Sequence record: MH550421
Source of the DNA: Enterobacteria phage T6
DNA length: 64,000 nucleotides
Strand: one strand, 5' to 3'
How positions within the stretch are numbered: the first letter of the stretch is position 1; each line of letters begins with the position of its first letter. This document shows positions 9,726 through 19,990 of this stretch, one piece after another. Made by a program: the position numbers and the translations under genes. A model generated the notes under the pieces. It searched no databases. It was not told the DNA's origin and worked only from the letters and a program-made list of their open reading frames with translations.

Positions 9726-10897
9726 TGAGTATGTTGCAACGCCCAGGATATCCAAATCTCAGCGTTAAATTATTTGATAGCTACGACGCTTGGAGTAATA
9801 ATAGATTTGTTGAATTAGCTGCTACTATTACCACATTAACTATGCGGGATTCTCTTTATGGCCGAAATGAAGGAATGCTGCAGTTTTATGATTCTAAAAA
9901 TATCCATACAAAAATGGATGGAAATGAAATAATTCAGATTTCTGTAGCTAACGCAAACGATATTAATAATGTTAAAACACGAATTTATGGATGTAAGCAT
10001 TTTTCCGTGTCAGTAGATTCAAAGGGTGATAACATCATTGCTATTGAATTGGGAACTATTCATTCTATAGAAAATCTTAAATTTGGCAGACCATTTTTCC
10101 CTGATGCAGGTGAATCTATAAAAGAAATGCTTGGTGTCATTTATCAAGATCGCACATTATTAACTCCAGCAATAAATGCTATAAATGCTTATGTTCCTGA
10201 TATTCCATGGACTAGCACATTTGAAAACTATTTGTCATATGTAAGAGAAGTTGCTCTAGCTGTAGGAAGTGACAAATTTGTATTTGTATGGCAAGACATC
10301 ATGGGAGTTAACATGATGGACTATGATATGATGATAAATCAAGAACCATATCCAATGATTGTCGGTGAGCCATCTTTAATAGGTCAATTTGTCCAAGAAT
10401 TAAAATATCCATTAGCATATGATTTCGTTTGGTTGACTAAATCGAATCCTCACAAACGTGACCCAATGAAAAACGCTACTATCTATGCTCATTCATTTTT
10501 AGATTCTTCATTGCCAATGATTACTACAGGAAAGGGTGAAAACTCTATTGTAGTGTCAAGGTCAGGTGCTTATTCTGAAATGACTTATAGGAATGGATAT
10601 GAAGAAGCTATTCGTCTTCAAACTATGGCACAATATGACGGTTATGCTAAATGTTCTACTGTCGGTAATTTTAACTTGACTCCTGGTGTTAAAATTATTT
10701 TTAATGATAGTAAAAACCAATTTAAAACAGAATTTTACGTTGATGAAGTTATCCATGAATTATCCAATAATAATTCAGTAACTCATCTATATATGTTCAC
10801 TAATGCAACGAAACTGGAAACAATAGACCCAGTTAAGGTTAAAAATGAATTTAAATCTGATACTACCACTGAAGAAAGTAGTTCTTCCAATAAGTAA
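9725..10897 (+). CDS. 27: Baseplate hub protein gp27
   Basis: 390-aa ORF in the 51-27-28-29 block. Confidence 0.85.
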   Translation: MSMLQRPGYPNLSVKLFDSYDAWSNNRFVELAATITTLTMRDSLYGRNEGMLQFYDSKNIHTKMDGNEIIQISVANANDINNVKTRIYGCKHFSVSVDSKGDNIIAIELGTIHSIENLKFGRPFFPDAGESIKEMLGVIYQDRTLLTPAINAINAYVPDIPWTSTFENYLSYVREVALAVGSDKFVFVWQDIMGVNMMDYDMMINQEPYPMIVGEPSLIGQFVQELKYPLAYDFVWLTKSNPHKRDPMKNATIYAHSFLDSSLPMITTGKGENSIVVSRSGAYSEMTYRNGYEEAIRLQTMAQYDGYAKCSTVGNFNLTPGVKIIFNDSKNQFKTEFYVDEVIHELSNNNSVTHLYMFTNATKLETIDPVKVKNEFKSDTTTEESSSSNK

Positions 10898-11378
10898 TAA
10901 AGAAGTTTCTATTCCTAAAATGGGTCTTAAACATTATAACATTTTAAAAGATGTTAAAGGTCCTGATGAAAATTTAAAACTTCTTATTGATTCTATTTGT
11001 CCGAATTTATCACCGGCAGAAGTTGATTTCGTTTCTATTCATTTATTGGAATTTAATGGAAAGATTAAATCTCGTAAAGAAATAGATGGCTATACTTATG
11101 ACATTAATGATGTTTATGTGTGCCAAAGATTAGAATTTCAATACCAAGGAAATACATTTTATTTTAGACCTCCTGGAAAATTTGAACAATTTTTAACGGT
11201 GAGCGATATGTTATCTAAATGCTTGCTTAAGGTCAACGATGAAGTTAAAGAAATTAATTTTCTTGAGATGCCAGCATTCGTTTTAAAATGGGCAAATGAT
11301 ATTTTTACAACTTTAGCAATTCCTGGCCCTAATGGTCCAATAACTGGAATTGGCAATATTATTGGATTATTTGAATGA
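10845..11378 (+). CDS. 28: Baseplate hub distal subunit gp28
   Basis: 177-aa ORF overlapping the end of gene 27. Confidence 0.8.
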   Translation: MNLNLILPLKKVVLPISNKEVSIPKMGLKHYNILKDVKGPDENLKLLIDSICPNLSPAEVDFVSIHLLEFNGKIKSRKEIDGYTYDINDVYVCQRLEFQYQGNTFYFRPPGKFEQFLTVSDMLSKCLLKVNDEVKEINFLEMPAFVLKWANDIFTTLAIPGPNGPITGIGNIIGLFE

Positions 11379-13147
11379 AAAAGCCACAAGAAATGCAAAC
11401 GATGCGTAGAAAAGTTATTTCAGATAATAAACCAACACAGGAAGCGGCTAAATCCGCTTCTAACACTTTATCTGGACTTAACGATATATCTACGAAATTG
11501 GATGATGCTCAAGCTGCTTCTGAATTAATAGCTCAAACTGTCGAAGAAAAATCGAATGAAATAGTTGGAGCAATTGGTAACGTAGAAAGCGCAGTGAGTG
11601 ATACTACTGCCGGTTCTGAGTTAATTGCTGAAACTGTCGAAATTGGCAACAATATTAATAAAGAAATTGGTGAATCACTCGGAAGCAAATTAGATAAATT
11701 AACAAGTTTACTAGAGCAAAAAATTCAGACAGCTGGAATTCAACAGACTGGAACTAGTTTAGCCACAGTTGAAAGCGCTATTCCTGTTAAAGTCGTTGAG
11801 GATGATACTGCTGAATCTGTGGGTCCTTTATTACCGACTCCTGAAGCAGTTAATAATGATCCTGACGCTGATTTTTTCCCTACCCCTCAGCCAGTTGAGC
11901 CAAAGCAAGAATCACCAGAAGAAAAACAGAAAAAAGAAGCATTTAACTTAAAATTATCTCAAGCTTTAGATAAATTAACAAAGACAGTTGATTTTGGATT
12001 TAAGAAATCCATTTCAATTAGTGATAAAATATCAAGCATGTTATTTAAGTACACCATCAGTGCTGCTATTGAAGCTGCTAAAATGACTGCAATGATATTG
12101 GCTGTTGTTGTTGGAATAGATCTGCTGATGGTTCATTTTAAATACTGGTCAGATAAATTTTCAAAAGCCTGGGATTTGTTTAATACTGACTTTACTAAAT
12201 TCTCTAGCGAAACCGGAACATGGGGTCCTTTATTGCAGAGCATCTTTGATTCTATTGATAAAATTAAACAACTTTGGGAAGCGGGAGATTGGGGTGGATT
12301 GACAGCAGCTATTGTTGAAGGACTCGGAAGTGTTCTTTTTAATTTAGGTGAACTTATTCAATTAGGTATGGCTAAATTATCTGCAGCAATTCTTCGAGTC
12401 ATTCCTGGTATGAAGGATACTGCTGATGAAGTAGAAGGAAGAGCATTAGAAAATTTCCAAAATTCTACTGGAGCATCTCTCAATAAAGAAGACCAGGAAA
12501 AAGTTGCAAATTATCAAGATAAACGAATGAATGGAGACCTTGGTCCGATAGCAAAAGGATTAGATAAAATTGCTAATTGGAAAACTCGTGCATCTAATTG
12601 GATTCGTGGGGTTGATAATAAAGAAGCACTAACTACCGACGAAGAACGTGCAGCAGAAGAAGAAAAATTAAAGCAGCTTTCACCTGAAGAAAGAAAAAAT
12701 GCTTTAATGAAGGCTAATGAAGCCCGTGCCGCAATGATTCGCTTTGAAAAATATGCTGATTCAGCTGATATGAGTAAAGACTCAACGGTTAAATCAGTTG
12801 AAGCTGCCTATGAAGACCTTAAAAAACGGATGGATGACCCGGATTTAAATAATTCACCGGCAGTTAAAAAAGAACTTGCTGCTAGATTTTCTAAAATTGA
12901 TGCTACTTATCAAGAGCTCAAGAAAAATCAGCCTAATGCCAAACCTGAAACTTCTGCTAAATCACCAGAAGCAAAACAAGTCCAGGTAATAGAAAAGAAT
13001 AAAGCACAGCAAGCTCCTGTTCAACAAGCATCTCCTTCGATCAATAATACTAATAATGTTATTAAGAAAAATACTGTCGTTCATAATATGACACCCGTAA
13101 CGAGCACGACTGCTCCTGGTGTATTTGATGCGACTGGAGTTAATTAA
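11375..13147 (+). CDS. 29: Baseplate hub / tail-length determinator gp29
   Basis: 590-aa ORF with coiled-coil and transmembrane-like central segment; matches T4 gp29 in size. Confidence 0.85.
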   Translation: MKKPQEMQTMRRKVISDNKPTQEAAKSASNTLSGLNDISTKLDDAQAASELIAQTVEEKSNEIVGAIGNVESAVSDTTAGSELIAETVEIGNNINKEIGESLGSKLDKLTSLLEQKIQTAGIQQTGTSLATVESAIPVKVVEDDTAESVGPLLPTPEAVNNDPDADFFPTPQPVEPKQESPEEKQKKEAFNLKLSQALDKLTKTVDFGFKKSISISDKISSMLFKYTISAAIEAAKMTAMILAVVVGIDLLMVHFKYWSDKFSKAWDLFNTDFTKFSSETGTWGPLLQSIFDSIDKIKQLWEAGDWGGLTAAIVEGLGSVLFNLGELIQLGMAKLSAAILRVIPGMKDTADEVEGRALENFQNSTGASLNKEDQEKVANYQDKRMNGDLGPIAKGLDKIANWKTRASNWIRGVDNKEALTTDEERAAEEEKLKQLSPEERKNALMKANEARAAMIRFEKYADSADMSKDSTVKSVEAAYEDLKKRMDDPDLNNSPAVKKELAARFSKIDATYQELKKNQPNAKPETSAKSPEAKQVQVIEKNKAQQAPVQQASPSINNTNNVIKKNTVVHNMTPVTSTTAPGVFDATGVN

Positions 13148-13155
13148 GGAATAAT

Positions 13156-14250
13156 ATGGCAATTGTTAAAGAAATAACTGCTGATTTAATTAAAAAGTCC
13201 GGCGAGAAAATTTCAGCCGGACAGAGTACTAAATCAGAAGTAGGAACTAAAACATACACAGCCCAGTTTCCAACTGGGCGTGCTAGTGGTAATGACACTA
13301 CAGGGGACTTCCAGGTAACAGATCTGTATAAGAATGGATTATTATTTACTGCATACAATATGTCATCTAGGGATTCTGGAAGTCTTAGATCGATGAGATC
13401 TAACTACTCTTCTTCATCTTCGAGTATTTTACGTACAGCCAGAAACACTATTAGTAGTACAGTATCAAAACTATCAAATGGATTAATATCAAATAATAAT
13501 TCAGGAACAATAAGTAAAGCTCCTATCGCAAACATTCTTTTACCGAGATCTAAATCTGATGTTGATACATCATCACACAGATTTAATGATGTTCAAGAAA
13601 GCCTTATCAGTAGAGGCGGAGGTACTGCTACTGGTGTGCTAAGTAATATTGCTTCAACCGCAGTATTTGGGGCGCTGGAAAGTATAACACAAGGTATAAT
13701 GGCTGATAATAATGAACAGATTTATACGACAGCCAGAAGTATGTATGGTGGTGCTGAAAATAGAACTAAAGTGTTTACATGGGATTTGACTCCACGTTCA
13801 ACAGAAGATTTAATGGCTATTATTAATATCTATCAATATTTTAACTATTTTTCTTATGGTAAAACGGGTAAATCTCAATATGCTGCTGAAATAAAGGGGT
13901 ATTTAGATGATTGGTATCGTTCTACGTTAATTGAACCTTTATCTCCGGAAGACGCAGCTAAAAATAAAACACTATTTGAGAAAATGACATCGAGTTTAAC
14001 TAACGTTCTAGTAGTTTCAAACCCGACAGTTTGGATGGTGAAAAACTTTGGCGCAACATCTAAATTTGATGGAAAAACGGAAATATTTGGTCCATGTCAA
14101 ATACAGAGCATTAGATTTGATAAAACACCTAATGGTAACTTTAACGGATTAGCTATTGCTCCAAACCTCCCTAGTACATTTACTCTCGAGATTACTATGA
14201 GAGAAATTATCACGTTAAACCGTGCTTCTTTATATGCGGGGACTTTTTAA
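13156..14250 (+). CDS. 48: Baseplate tail-tube junction protein gp48
   Basis: 364-aa ORF; size and position match T4 gp48. Confidence 0.85.
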   Translation: MAIVKEITADLIKKSGEKISAGQSTKSEVGTKTYTAQFPTGRASGNDTTGDFQVTDLYKNGLLFTAYNMSSRDSGSLRSMRSNYSSSSSSILRTARNTISSTVSKLSNGLISNNNSGTISKAPIANILLPRSKSDVDTSSHRFNDVQESLISRGGGTATGVLSNIASTAVFGALESITQGIMADNNEQIYTTARSMYGGAENRTKVFTWDLTPRSTEDLMAIINIYQYFNYFSYGKTGKSQYAAEIKGYLDDWYRSTLIEPLSPEDAAKNKTLFEKMTSSLTNVLVVSNPTVWMVKNFGATSKFDGKTEIFGPCQIQSIRFDKTPNGNFNGLAIAPNLPSTFTLEITMREIITLNRASLYAGTF

Positions 14251-15215
14251 TGTATTCTTTAGAGGAATTTAATAATCAAGCAATAAACGCAGATTTTCAA
14301 CGTAATAATATGTTTAGCTGCGTTTTTGCAACAACTCCATCAACTAAAAGCTCTTCGTTGATAAGTTCAATTAGCAACTTTTCTTATAATAACTTGGGCC
14401 TAAATTCAGATTGGCTAGGATTAACTCAAGGTGATATTAATCAGGGAATTACCACGCTAATTACAGCTGGCACACAAAAACTGATAAGAAAATCAGGGGT
14501 TAGTAAATATCTTATTGGTGCCATGAGTCAACGTACAGTTCAAAGTTTATTAGGCTCATTTACAGTTGGTACATATTTAATTGACTTCTTTAACATGGCA
14601 TATAACTCATCTGGATTGATGATATACTCTGTAAAAATGCCAGAGAATAGATTATCCTATGAAACTGACTGGAACTATAATTCTCCTAATATTCGTATAA
14701 CTGGAAGAGAATTAGACCCTTTGGTTATTTCATTTAGAATGGATTCAGAAGCTTGTAACTATCGTGCAATGCAAGACTGGGTTAACTCTGTTCAAGACCC
14801 AGTAACTGGATTACGTGCTTTGCCACAAGATGTCGAGGCAGATATTCAGGTTAATCTTCATTCTCGTAATGGATTGCCTCATACTGCGGTGATGTTCACC
14901 GGATGCATTCCAGTGTCAGTGAGCGCTCCTGAGTTATCATATGATGGAGATAACCAAATAACTACATTTGATGTTACTTTTGCGTATAGAGTCATGCAGG
15001 CTGGAGCAGTTGATAGACAAGCTGCGCTTGAATGGCTTGAATCTGCTGCTATAAATGGTATTCAAAGCGTTCTCGGAAATAGTGGAGGTGTTACTGGACT
15101 ATCTAATTCGCTTTCACGACTTAGTAGACTAGGAGGAACCGCAGGAAGCATTTCAAACATTAATACTATGACAGGAATTGTCAATTCGCAGAGTAAAATA
15201 TTAGGAGCAATATAA
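14250..15215 (+). CDS. 54: Baseplate tail-tube initiator gp54
   Basis: 321-aa ORF ending the plus-strand baseplate operon. Confidence 0.85.
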   Translation: MYSLEEFNNQAINADFQRNNMFSCVFATTPSTKSSSLISSISNFSYNNLGLNSDWLGLTQGDINQGITTLITAGTQKLIRKSGVSKYLIGAMSQRTVQSLLGSFTVGTYLIDFFNMAYNSSGLMIYSVKMPENRLSYETDWNYNSPNIRITGRELDPLVISFRMDSEACNYRAMQDWVNSVQDPVTGLRALPQDVEADIQVNLHSRNGLPHTAVMFTGCIPVSVSAPELSYDGDNQITTFDVTFAYRVMQAGAVDRQAALEWLESAAINGIQSVLGNSGGVTGLSNSLSRLSRLGGTAGSISNINTMTGIVNSQSKILGAI

Positions 15216-15219
15216 CAAT

Positions 15220-15245
15220 GGGGACCGAAAGGTCCCCATATTTTT
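15220..15245. terminator. Bidirectional terminator between gene 54 and the convergent minus-strand ORF
   Basis: GGGGACC-GAAA-GGTCCCC hairpin followed by ATATTTTTATTT. Confidence 0.55.
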
Positions 15246-15534
15246 ATTTACGGAATGAAATGAAAGCAGAAACTGAAGCAACTAAACTGTCTTCAATATA
15301 AACTTCAATTTTTACCGGAGCTTCTGACTCAAATTTACCTGTTACTACACCCTGAAAAATACTTTCAGTTTGTTCTGGCTTTGAAAAATTTTCAGAAGGA
15401 AAAATTCCGAACTTTTTATCTGTTCCAAAAATTTTAATAAATTCATCGTAAACTGCTTCATTAAAAGCATTATCAGCAGGAATAACGCCTTCAACTACAA
15501 GTTCTTGACCTAAAAAGCGCAAAGAAGATTTCAT
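15244..15534 (-). CDS. Hypothetical protein, 96 aa, between gene 54 and the alt genes
   Basis: ORF with GAGGAA Shine-Dalgarno and its own early promoter. Confidence 0.5.
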   Translation of the reverse strand: MKSSLRFLGQELVVEGVIPADNAFNEAVYDEFIKIFGTDKKFGIFPSENFSKPEQTESIFQGVVTGKFESEAPVKIEVYIEDSLVASVSAFISFRK

Positions 15535-15565
15535 TTTGTGTTCCTCATGTTATGTCAGTAAGACT

Positions 15566-15595
15566 ATTATAACACAACATAAGGAACTTGTAAAC
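15566..15595 (-). promoter_or_regulatory. Early promoter (GTTTAC-N18-TATAAT)
   Basis: -35 GTTTAC at 15590-15595 and -10 TATAAT at 15566-15571 on the minus strand; leader is nearly identical to the alc promoter leader. Confidence 0.5.
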
Positions 15596-17652
15596 TACAT
15601 TTTGAACTTTTTAGACATTCCGTTGATGTTAACCAAAGAAGCTAAGATTTGAGAAACTTCGTTTTCCTCTTCTTTTGATTCTTCTACAAGGAATTGATTA
15701 AATCCAGTCATTGGACGAACTTCACCAGTTTCCATTAGATGGTCTCCATCATATACTGATTCTTCTAATTGTTCAGAAGGAGGAACGATTGTACCTTCGA
15801 TTAGATACTTGTTATAAGCAGTTTCTTTCATAAAGTACGTACTTACTTTATTAATCTTCAGTAAAATTCCACGCGGTAGAATAACTTCAGCTTCTGATGG
15901 AAATCCTGTTAAATGACCTGGAACGATAACTTTGATTCGCTCAGCTCCTTTAATTACCATACCCACGCTAGTTTCAGCATCTTCATTAGCATATGTAGAA
16001 TGACTACCCATATGCATCAAATCTTCTGCATCAACAGAACCTTCTCCTTCGCCAGAAAATACTTCACCGGAATCATCTAGAGCCATATAGTTTTTACCAT
16101 GCTCACCGAAGATATTCGGTTTAAGCGATGTAGATACGAAGTTCTTGAAATAGAACATTTTGTTTTCAATGTTATGACGCAAAGTTTTAAAGGTAACTTC
16201 TTGTCCACGATAAAGCGTAGTTCCTGGAGGAAGAACTGAACCTTTAGCGAATGCAGAATCCAACGTCTCGATGTGCTTAATGGCACGTTCCATATATTCT
16301 TCACGGGTAGAATCTGGTTTACCCAAAAGGAACGAGTTCATTTCAACATATGAATCTGCACAATAATCTTCAATTACATCAGATTCAGCTTGAGTTAATC
16401 CTTTTGGAGTTACTTCAGTACTTGCATATTCATACGCCTGAGCAGCAGATTCATTAATCAATTTATAAATGCCATTCATTACAAATTGAATAATAGCTGT
16501 CTTTTCATCTGGCGTGGCTTTAGAACCTTTAACTAAATCATTAATAATTTTCTTAATAACATCAAAGCTATTAGAAATATTAATGTCAGCAAGATCGCTT
16601 AAAATTTTATCAGTTTTATAATCAAAGAATTCTTTATTCTTTAAATATTCTTGAGAACCTTGATATGTTATATCGCTCTGCAGCTTGATAGATGGATCAC
16701 GTAAACGCGCATGGGCCAATGCGATATGATTTCGGAAGTTTTCTAGTTCATAATCGCTAGATTTAAAACGAGAAGCACTCCTCATACCACCGATAGCTCC
16801 TTTGCCGAAGTTTGAACCAATCTGGATAACGCCAGAGTTCATCGGACCTTCTGCTTTATATACCGGAACTTTAGATTCAAACTCTTGATATTTCTTGGCA
16901 GCGAAGCTATCACCCTGAAGTGAAGCATCAACAGTAGAATATTGAGCTTGTGCTGCTAATCGACGACTAATTTTAGTTTTCTGAATAACAGCTTGGTCCG
17001 TGCGCTTATCATTTTCTAAAGCAATAGAAGCAGCAACAGCGACAGCTTTAGGAACAGCATTACCTGTTTTAACGTCTACATAAACATCACCAACCTTTGA
17101 TTCAACTTTTGTGAATAACTCAGTTGAAATAGGAGGTACACCTGGAATGTCTTCTAAATTGGCATTTTTACGGTAAACCATAATATATGCGTACTTTTTA
17201 TCATAATCCCAGATTTCCTTTAAAAGAACATATCGACCTGCTCCTTTAATACGTACTAAACGGTCAGCAATAACTTGCATTTGACGAGCAGCGCCATTTG
17301 TTTTACTTTTTAGTACGCGGAATAAGCATGCGTCGATTTTATACTGTTTCATTGTTTGAAGAGCAGTATCAAAAACAGCATTAATGACGCCAATTGGATT
17401 TCCACCCAAGTTTTTAAGCTTGACTAACGATAATTTCTCGTTGACACCTATCATTACGATATGCATCATTTTATCGCCTGGCTTAACGTTTTTATTTGTA
17501 TCACCGCCAGAGGTGTATGTACAAAATCTAAATCCAGGAAGCACACTTTCTTCGCCGGCTTGAATAGCAAAAATTTGTGGTATTTTATGCTTAGGATTTA
17601 AGTTAACAACCGGCGCCGAAGCGCCGTCAAATAATTCTGTAATAAGTTCCAT
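15595..17652 (-). CDS. Alt-family mono-ADP-ribosyltransferase paralog, 685 aa
   Basis: Begins MELITELFD like the adjacent alt; conserved N-terminal ~230 aa and C-terminal ART core (YRGQ, FVSTSL, EAEVILPRG); start is 1 nt after the upstream alt stop. Confidence 0.75.
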   Translation of the reverse strand: MELITELFDGASAPVVNLNPKHKIPQIFAIQAGEESVLPGFRFCTYTSGGDTNKNVKPGDKMMHIVMIGVNEKLSLVKLKNLGGNPIGVINAVFDTALQTMKQYKIDACLFRVLKSKTNGAARQMQVIADRLVRIKGAGRYVLLKEIWDYDKKYAYIMVYRKNANLEDIPGVPPISTELFTKVESKVGDVYVDVKTGNAVPKAVAVAASIALENDKRTDQAVIQKTKISRRLAAQAQYSTVDASLQGDSFAAKKYQEFESKVPVYKAEGPMNSGVIQIGSNFGKGAIGGMRSASRFKSSDYELENFRNHIALAHARLRDPSIKLQSDITYQGSQEYLKNKEFFDYKTDKILSDLADINISNSFDVIKKIINDLVKGSKATPDEKTAIIQFVMNGIYKLINESAAQAYEYASTEVTPKGLTQAESDVIEDYCADSYVEMNSFLLGKPDSTREEYMERAIKHIETLDSAFAKGSVLPPGTTLYRGQEVTFKTLRHNIENKMFYFKNFVSTSLKPNIFGEHGKNYMALDDSGEVFSGEGEGSVDAEDLMHMGSHSTYANEDAETSVGMVIKGAERIKVIVPGHLTGFPSEAEVILPRGILLKINKVSTYFMKETAYNKYLIEGTIVPPSEQLEESVYDGDHLMETGEVRPMTGFNQFLVEESKEEENEVSQILASLVNINGMSKKFKM

Positions 17653-17655
17653 GAT

Positions 17656-19752
17656 TTATCCTTGAACGAACTTGTAAGGCATGTTTGTAATATCTATGCA
17701 AGACGCAATAATTCCAAGAGATGATTCTACTTTCTGTTTAACATTTGATGAAACAAATGATGCAAAGTCAACTCTGTCTTCTATTTCAATATCACCTGTC
17801 ATTGCAACTACTTCACCGGTTTCCATTAAACAGTCTCCGTCATAGATTACCGATTCGGTGAGTTCTTCTGTGGTCATAACTTCAGCTTGAATGAGTTTTG
17901 TATTGTTAGATGTTGTTCCATCATTATTAGAAGCATCAGTTATTTTATTAACTTTGACCATTAATCCGCGCGGTAGAATAACTTCAGCTTCTGTTGCTAT
18001 TCCGAGACTTCCTGGATATACAACATTAACTTTATGAGCTCCATCAATTGCCCATCCTATTTGAACTTTAACGTATTCAGGATTTTCTTTATACGCTCTT
18101 ATTTCGTTTGGATTAATAGTTATTCCTTCTTCATTTTTATCAACTGTTAATTCATTGCGAGCTTCTGGTTCTAAAAGACCAATACCAGCATGTGTAATTC
18201 CAAAACGTCCAAAAATGATAGGAGTTAAAGAAGTAGATACAAAATTTCTGAAATAGAATACTTTATTTTTAACTAGCGCTTCGTATATAGGAGCAGTCAT
18301 ACTTTGAGCACGATAAACTGTAATGCCTTCCGGTATGCGGTCACCATTTTCAAAAGCTGAATCTAAATTATTTATAGCAGATTCAATTTCTTTTTCACTC
18401 ATTACATCATATCGTTCTGGATTGTAACGACCTAAAAGAAGATTATTAATGTCTGTATATCCTGAACCACAATACTCTCTAATACCGCGCTTTTGCGATG
18501 GAGTATATTTAGAACCATCACGGGCAATAGTAATATCAATCATTGGGCCTGCACCAATTCCAGAAAAACTATAAATCATTCGTTTGAGGAATTTAGTTTT
18601 TGCTGCATTCCAGGCATTTTTAGTTATTTCTCCCCAGACTTCATCTGGTTGCCCTTTACGAGTTTTATTATGTTTATCAAGCCAATTATCTTTATATTCT
18701 TCAAAGAATTGATTGACAGCTGCTGCGTATTTCTCTAAACATTTTATTGAAGTAGTTGGTTCATTTTTGATCGCATTAAGAATTACATCTTTAATTTTTT
18801 CGGAAACTTCATTAACCTCACTTTTTGAAAAGAATTTATAGTCATAGTGAAGTTCATTCGCAGTTCCTTCGGCAATAATTTTTGCTGCCTTAGTTTTAGA
18901 AGCTAATGAATTAATTCCAAGCTTCATTTCTTCTGCTTCGGGAATTAAAGGAGCAGTAGCAGGTTTATTGAAATTAGCTGCGGTAGATTCATACTTCTGG
19001 AATAATTCACTTTCAAATCTAGAAGATTCCAATGACTGACTTTGTGCAATTGCTCTACGGGAAATTTTAACTTTAACGATTACAGCTTGGTCAGAACGTT
19101 TATCATTTTCTTGTGCAATAGATGCTGCAATTGCCTCATTTTTAGTTACTTGAGCTCCAGTATCTTTATTGATATAAACATCACCGACCTTCGATTCAAC
19201 CTTAGTAAAGAGCTCGGTACTAATTTCCGGAACTCCTGGAATGTCTTCTAGTGATACATTTTTGCGATGTATAAGAATATATGCATACTTTTTATCATAA
19301 TCCCAGAGTTCCTTAAGAAGGACGTATCTTCCACCTGAACGACTACGGATAAGTCTATCAGCAATAACTTGAATTTGTCGAGCTTGGCCAGCAGTTTTAG
19401 ACTTAAGAATACGAAGCATGCAGGCATCAATTTTATACTGACGCATTGTTTGCATTGCAACAGTAAAAACTGAATTGATATAATTAATTGGGCTTGGTCC
19501 AAGACCTTTTAATTTAGCAATTGAACCTTTAGCAGTTAATGTAAAAGGAACAATATGCATCATTTTATCGCCCATTTTTAAATCGCGATTAGTATCACCT
19601 CCGGATGTATAGGTACATAAACGAAAGCCTGGTTGTTCAATTGCATCATCAACATGAACTGAAAAAATTTGCGGTATTTTCTTCTTTGGATTTAAGTTTG
19701 TAATTGGAAGAGTAGTATCTTCGTCAAATAATTCTGTAATGAGTTCCATCAT
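17656..19752 (-). CDS. alt: ADP-ribosyltransferase Alt (packaged head protein)
   Basis: 698-aa ORF with R/S/ExE-type core (YRAQ, FVSTSL, EAEVILPRG); late promoter and position next to gene 30. Confidence 0.75.
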   Translation of the reverse strand: MMELITELFDEDTTLPITNLNPKKKIPQIFSVHVDDAIEQPGFRLCTYTSGGDTNRDLKMGDKMMHIVPFTLTAKGSIAKLKGLGPSPINYINSVFTVAMQTMRQYKIDACMLRILKSKTAGQARQIQVIADRLIRSRSGGRYVLLKELWDYDKKYAYILIHRKNVSLEDIPGVPEISTELFTKVESKVGDVYINKDTGAQVTKNEAIAASIAQENDKRSDQAVIVKVKISRRAIAQSQSLESSRFESELFQKYESTAANFNKPATAPLIPEAEEMKLGINSLASKTKAAKIIAEGTANELHYDYKFFSKSEVNEVSEKIKDVILNAIKNEPTTSIKCLEKYAAAVNQFFEEYKDNWLDKHNKTRKGQPDEVWGEITKNAWNAAKTKFLKRMIYSFSGIGAGPMIDITIARDGSKYTPSQKRGIREYCGSGYTDINNLLLGRYNPERYDVMSEKEIESAINNLDSAFENGDRIPEGITVYRAQSMTAPIYEALVKNKVFYFRNFVSTSLTPIIFGRFGITHAGIGLLEPEARNELTVDKNEEGITINPNEIRAYKENPEYVKVQIGWAIDGAHKVNVVYPGSLGIATEAEVILPRGLMVKVNKITDASNNDGTTSNNTKLIQAEVMTTEELTESVIYDGDCLMETGEVVAMTGDIEIEDRVDFASFVSSNVKQKVESSLGIIASCIDITNMPYKFVQG

Positions 19753-19772
19753 ATCCTCTCTAGTGTTTATTC

Positions 19773-19780
19773 TATTTATA
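19773..19780 (-). promoter_or_regulatory. Late promoter (TATAAATA) for alt
   Basis: Minus-strand TATAAATA about 20 nt upstream of the alt start. Confidence 0.5.
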
Positions 19781-19785
19781 AAATT

Positions 19786-19803
19786 AAAGGCCCGAAGGCC
19801 TTT
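19786..19803 (-). terminator. Hairpin terminator upstream of the alt late promoter
   Basis: AAAGGCC-CGAA-GGCCTTT stem-loop. Confidence 0.4.
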
Positions 19804-19990
19804 AATAATCTAGTGGTAAGAGAGTACGGTATATTTCAAACTTTGGACCTTTTTCATAGGCATCAAATGTTTCTGTAAATTTATTATAAGCATATGCATC
19901 TACAAATTCGAGAACGACTTGTGATACAGAAGTAGAAACATCTCCACCTTCTTTTTGAGCTACGACAACTGTTTCTAAGTAAGCTTTCAT
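19802..19990 (-). CDS. Hypothetical protein, 62 aa
   Basis: ORF overlapping the stop of gene 30; no motif recognised. Confidence 0.4.
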   Translation of the reverse strand: MKAYLETVVVAQKEGGDVSTSVSQVVLEFVDAYAYNKFTETFDAYEKGPKFEIYRTLLPLDY

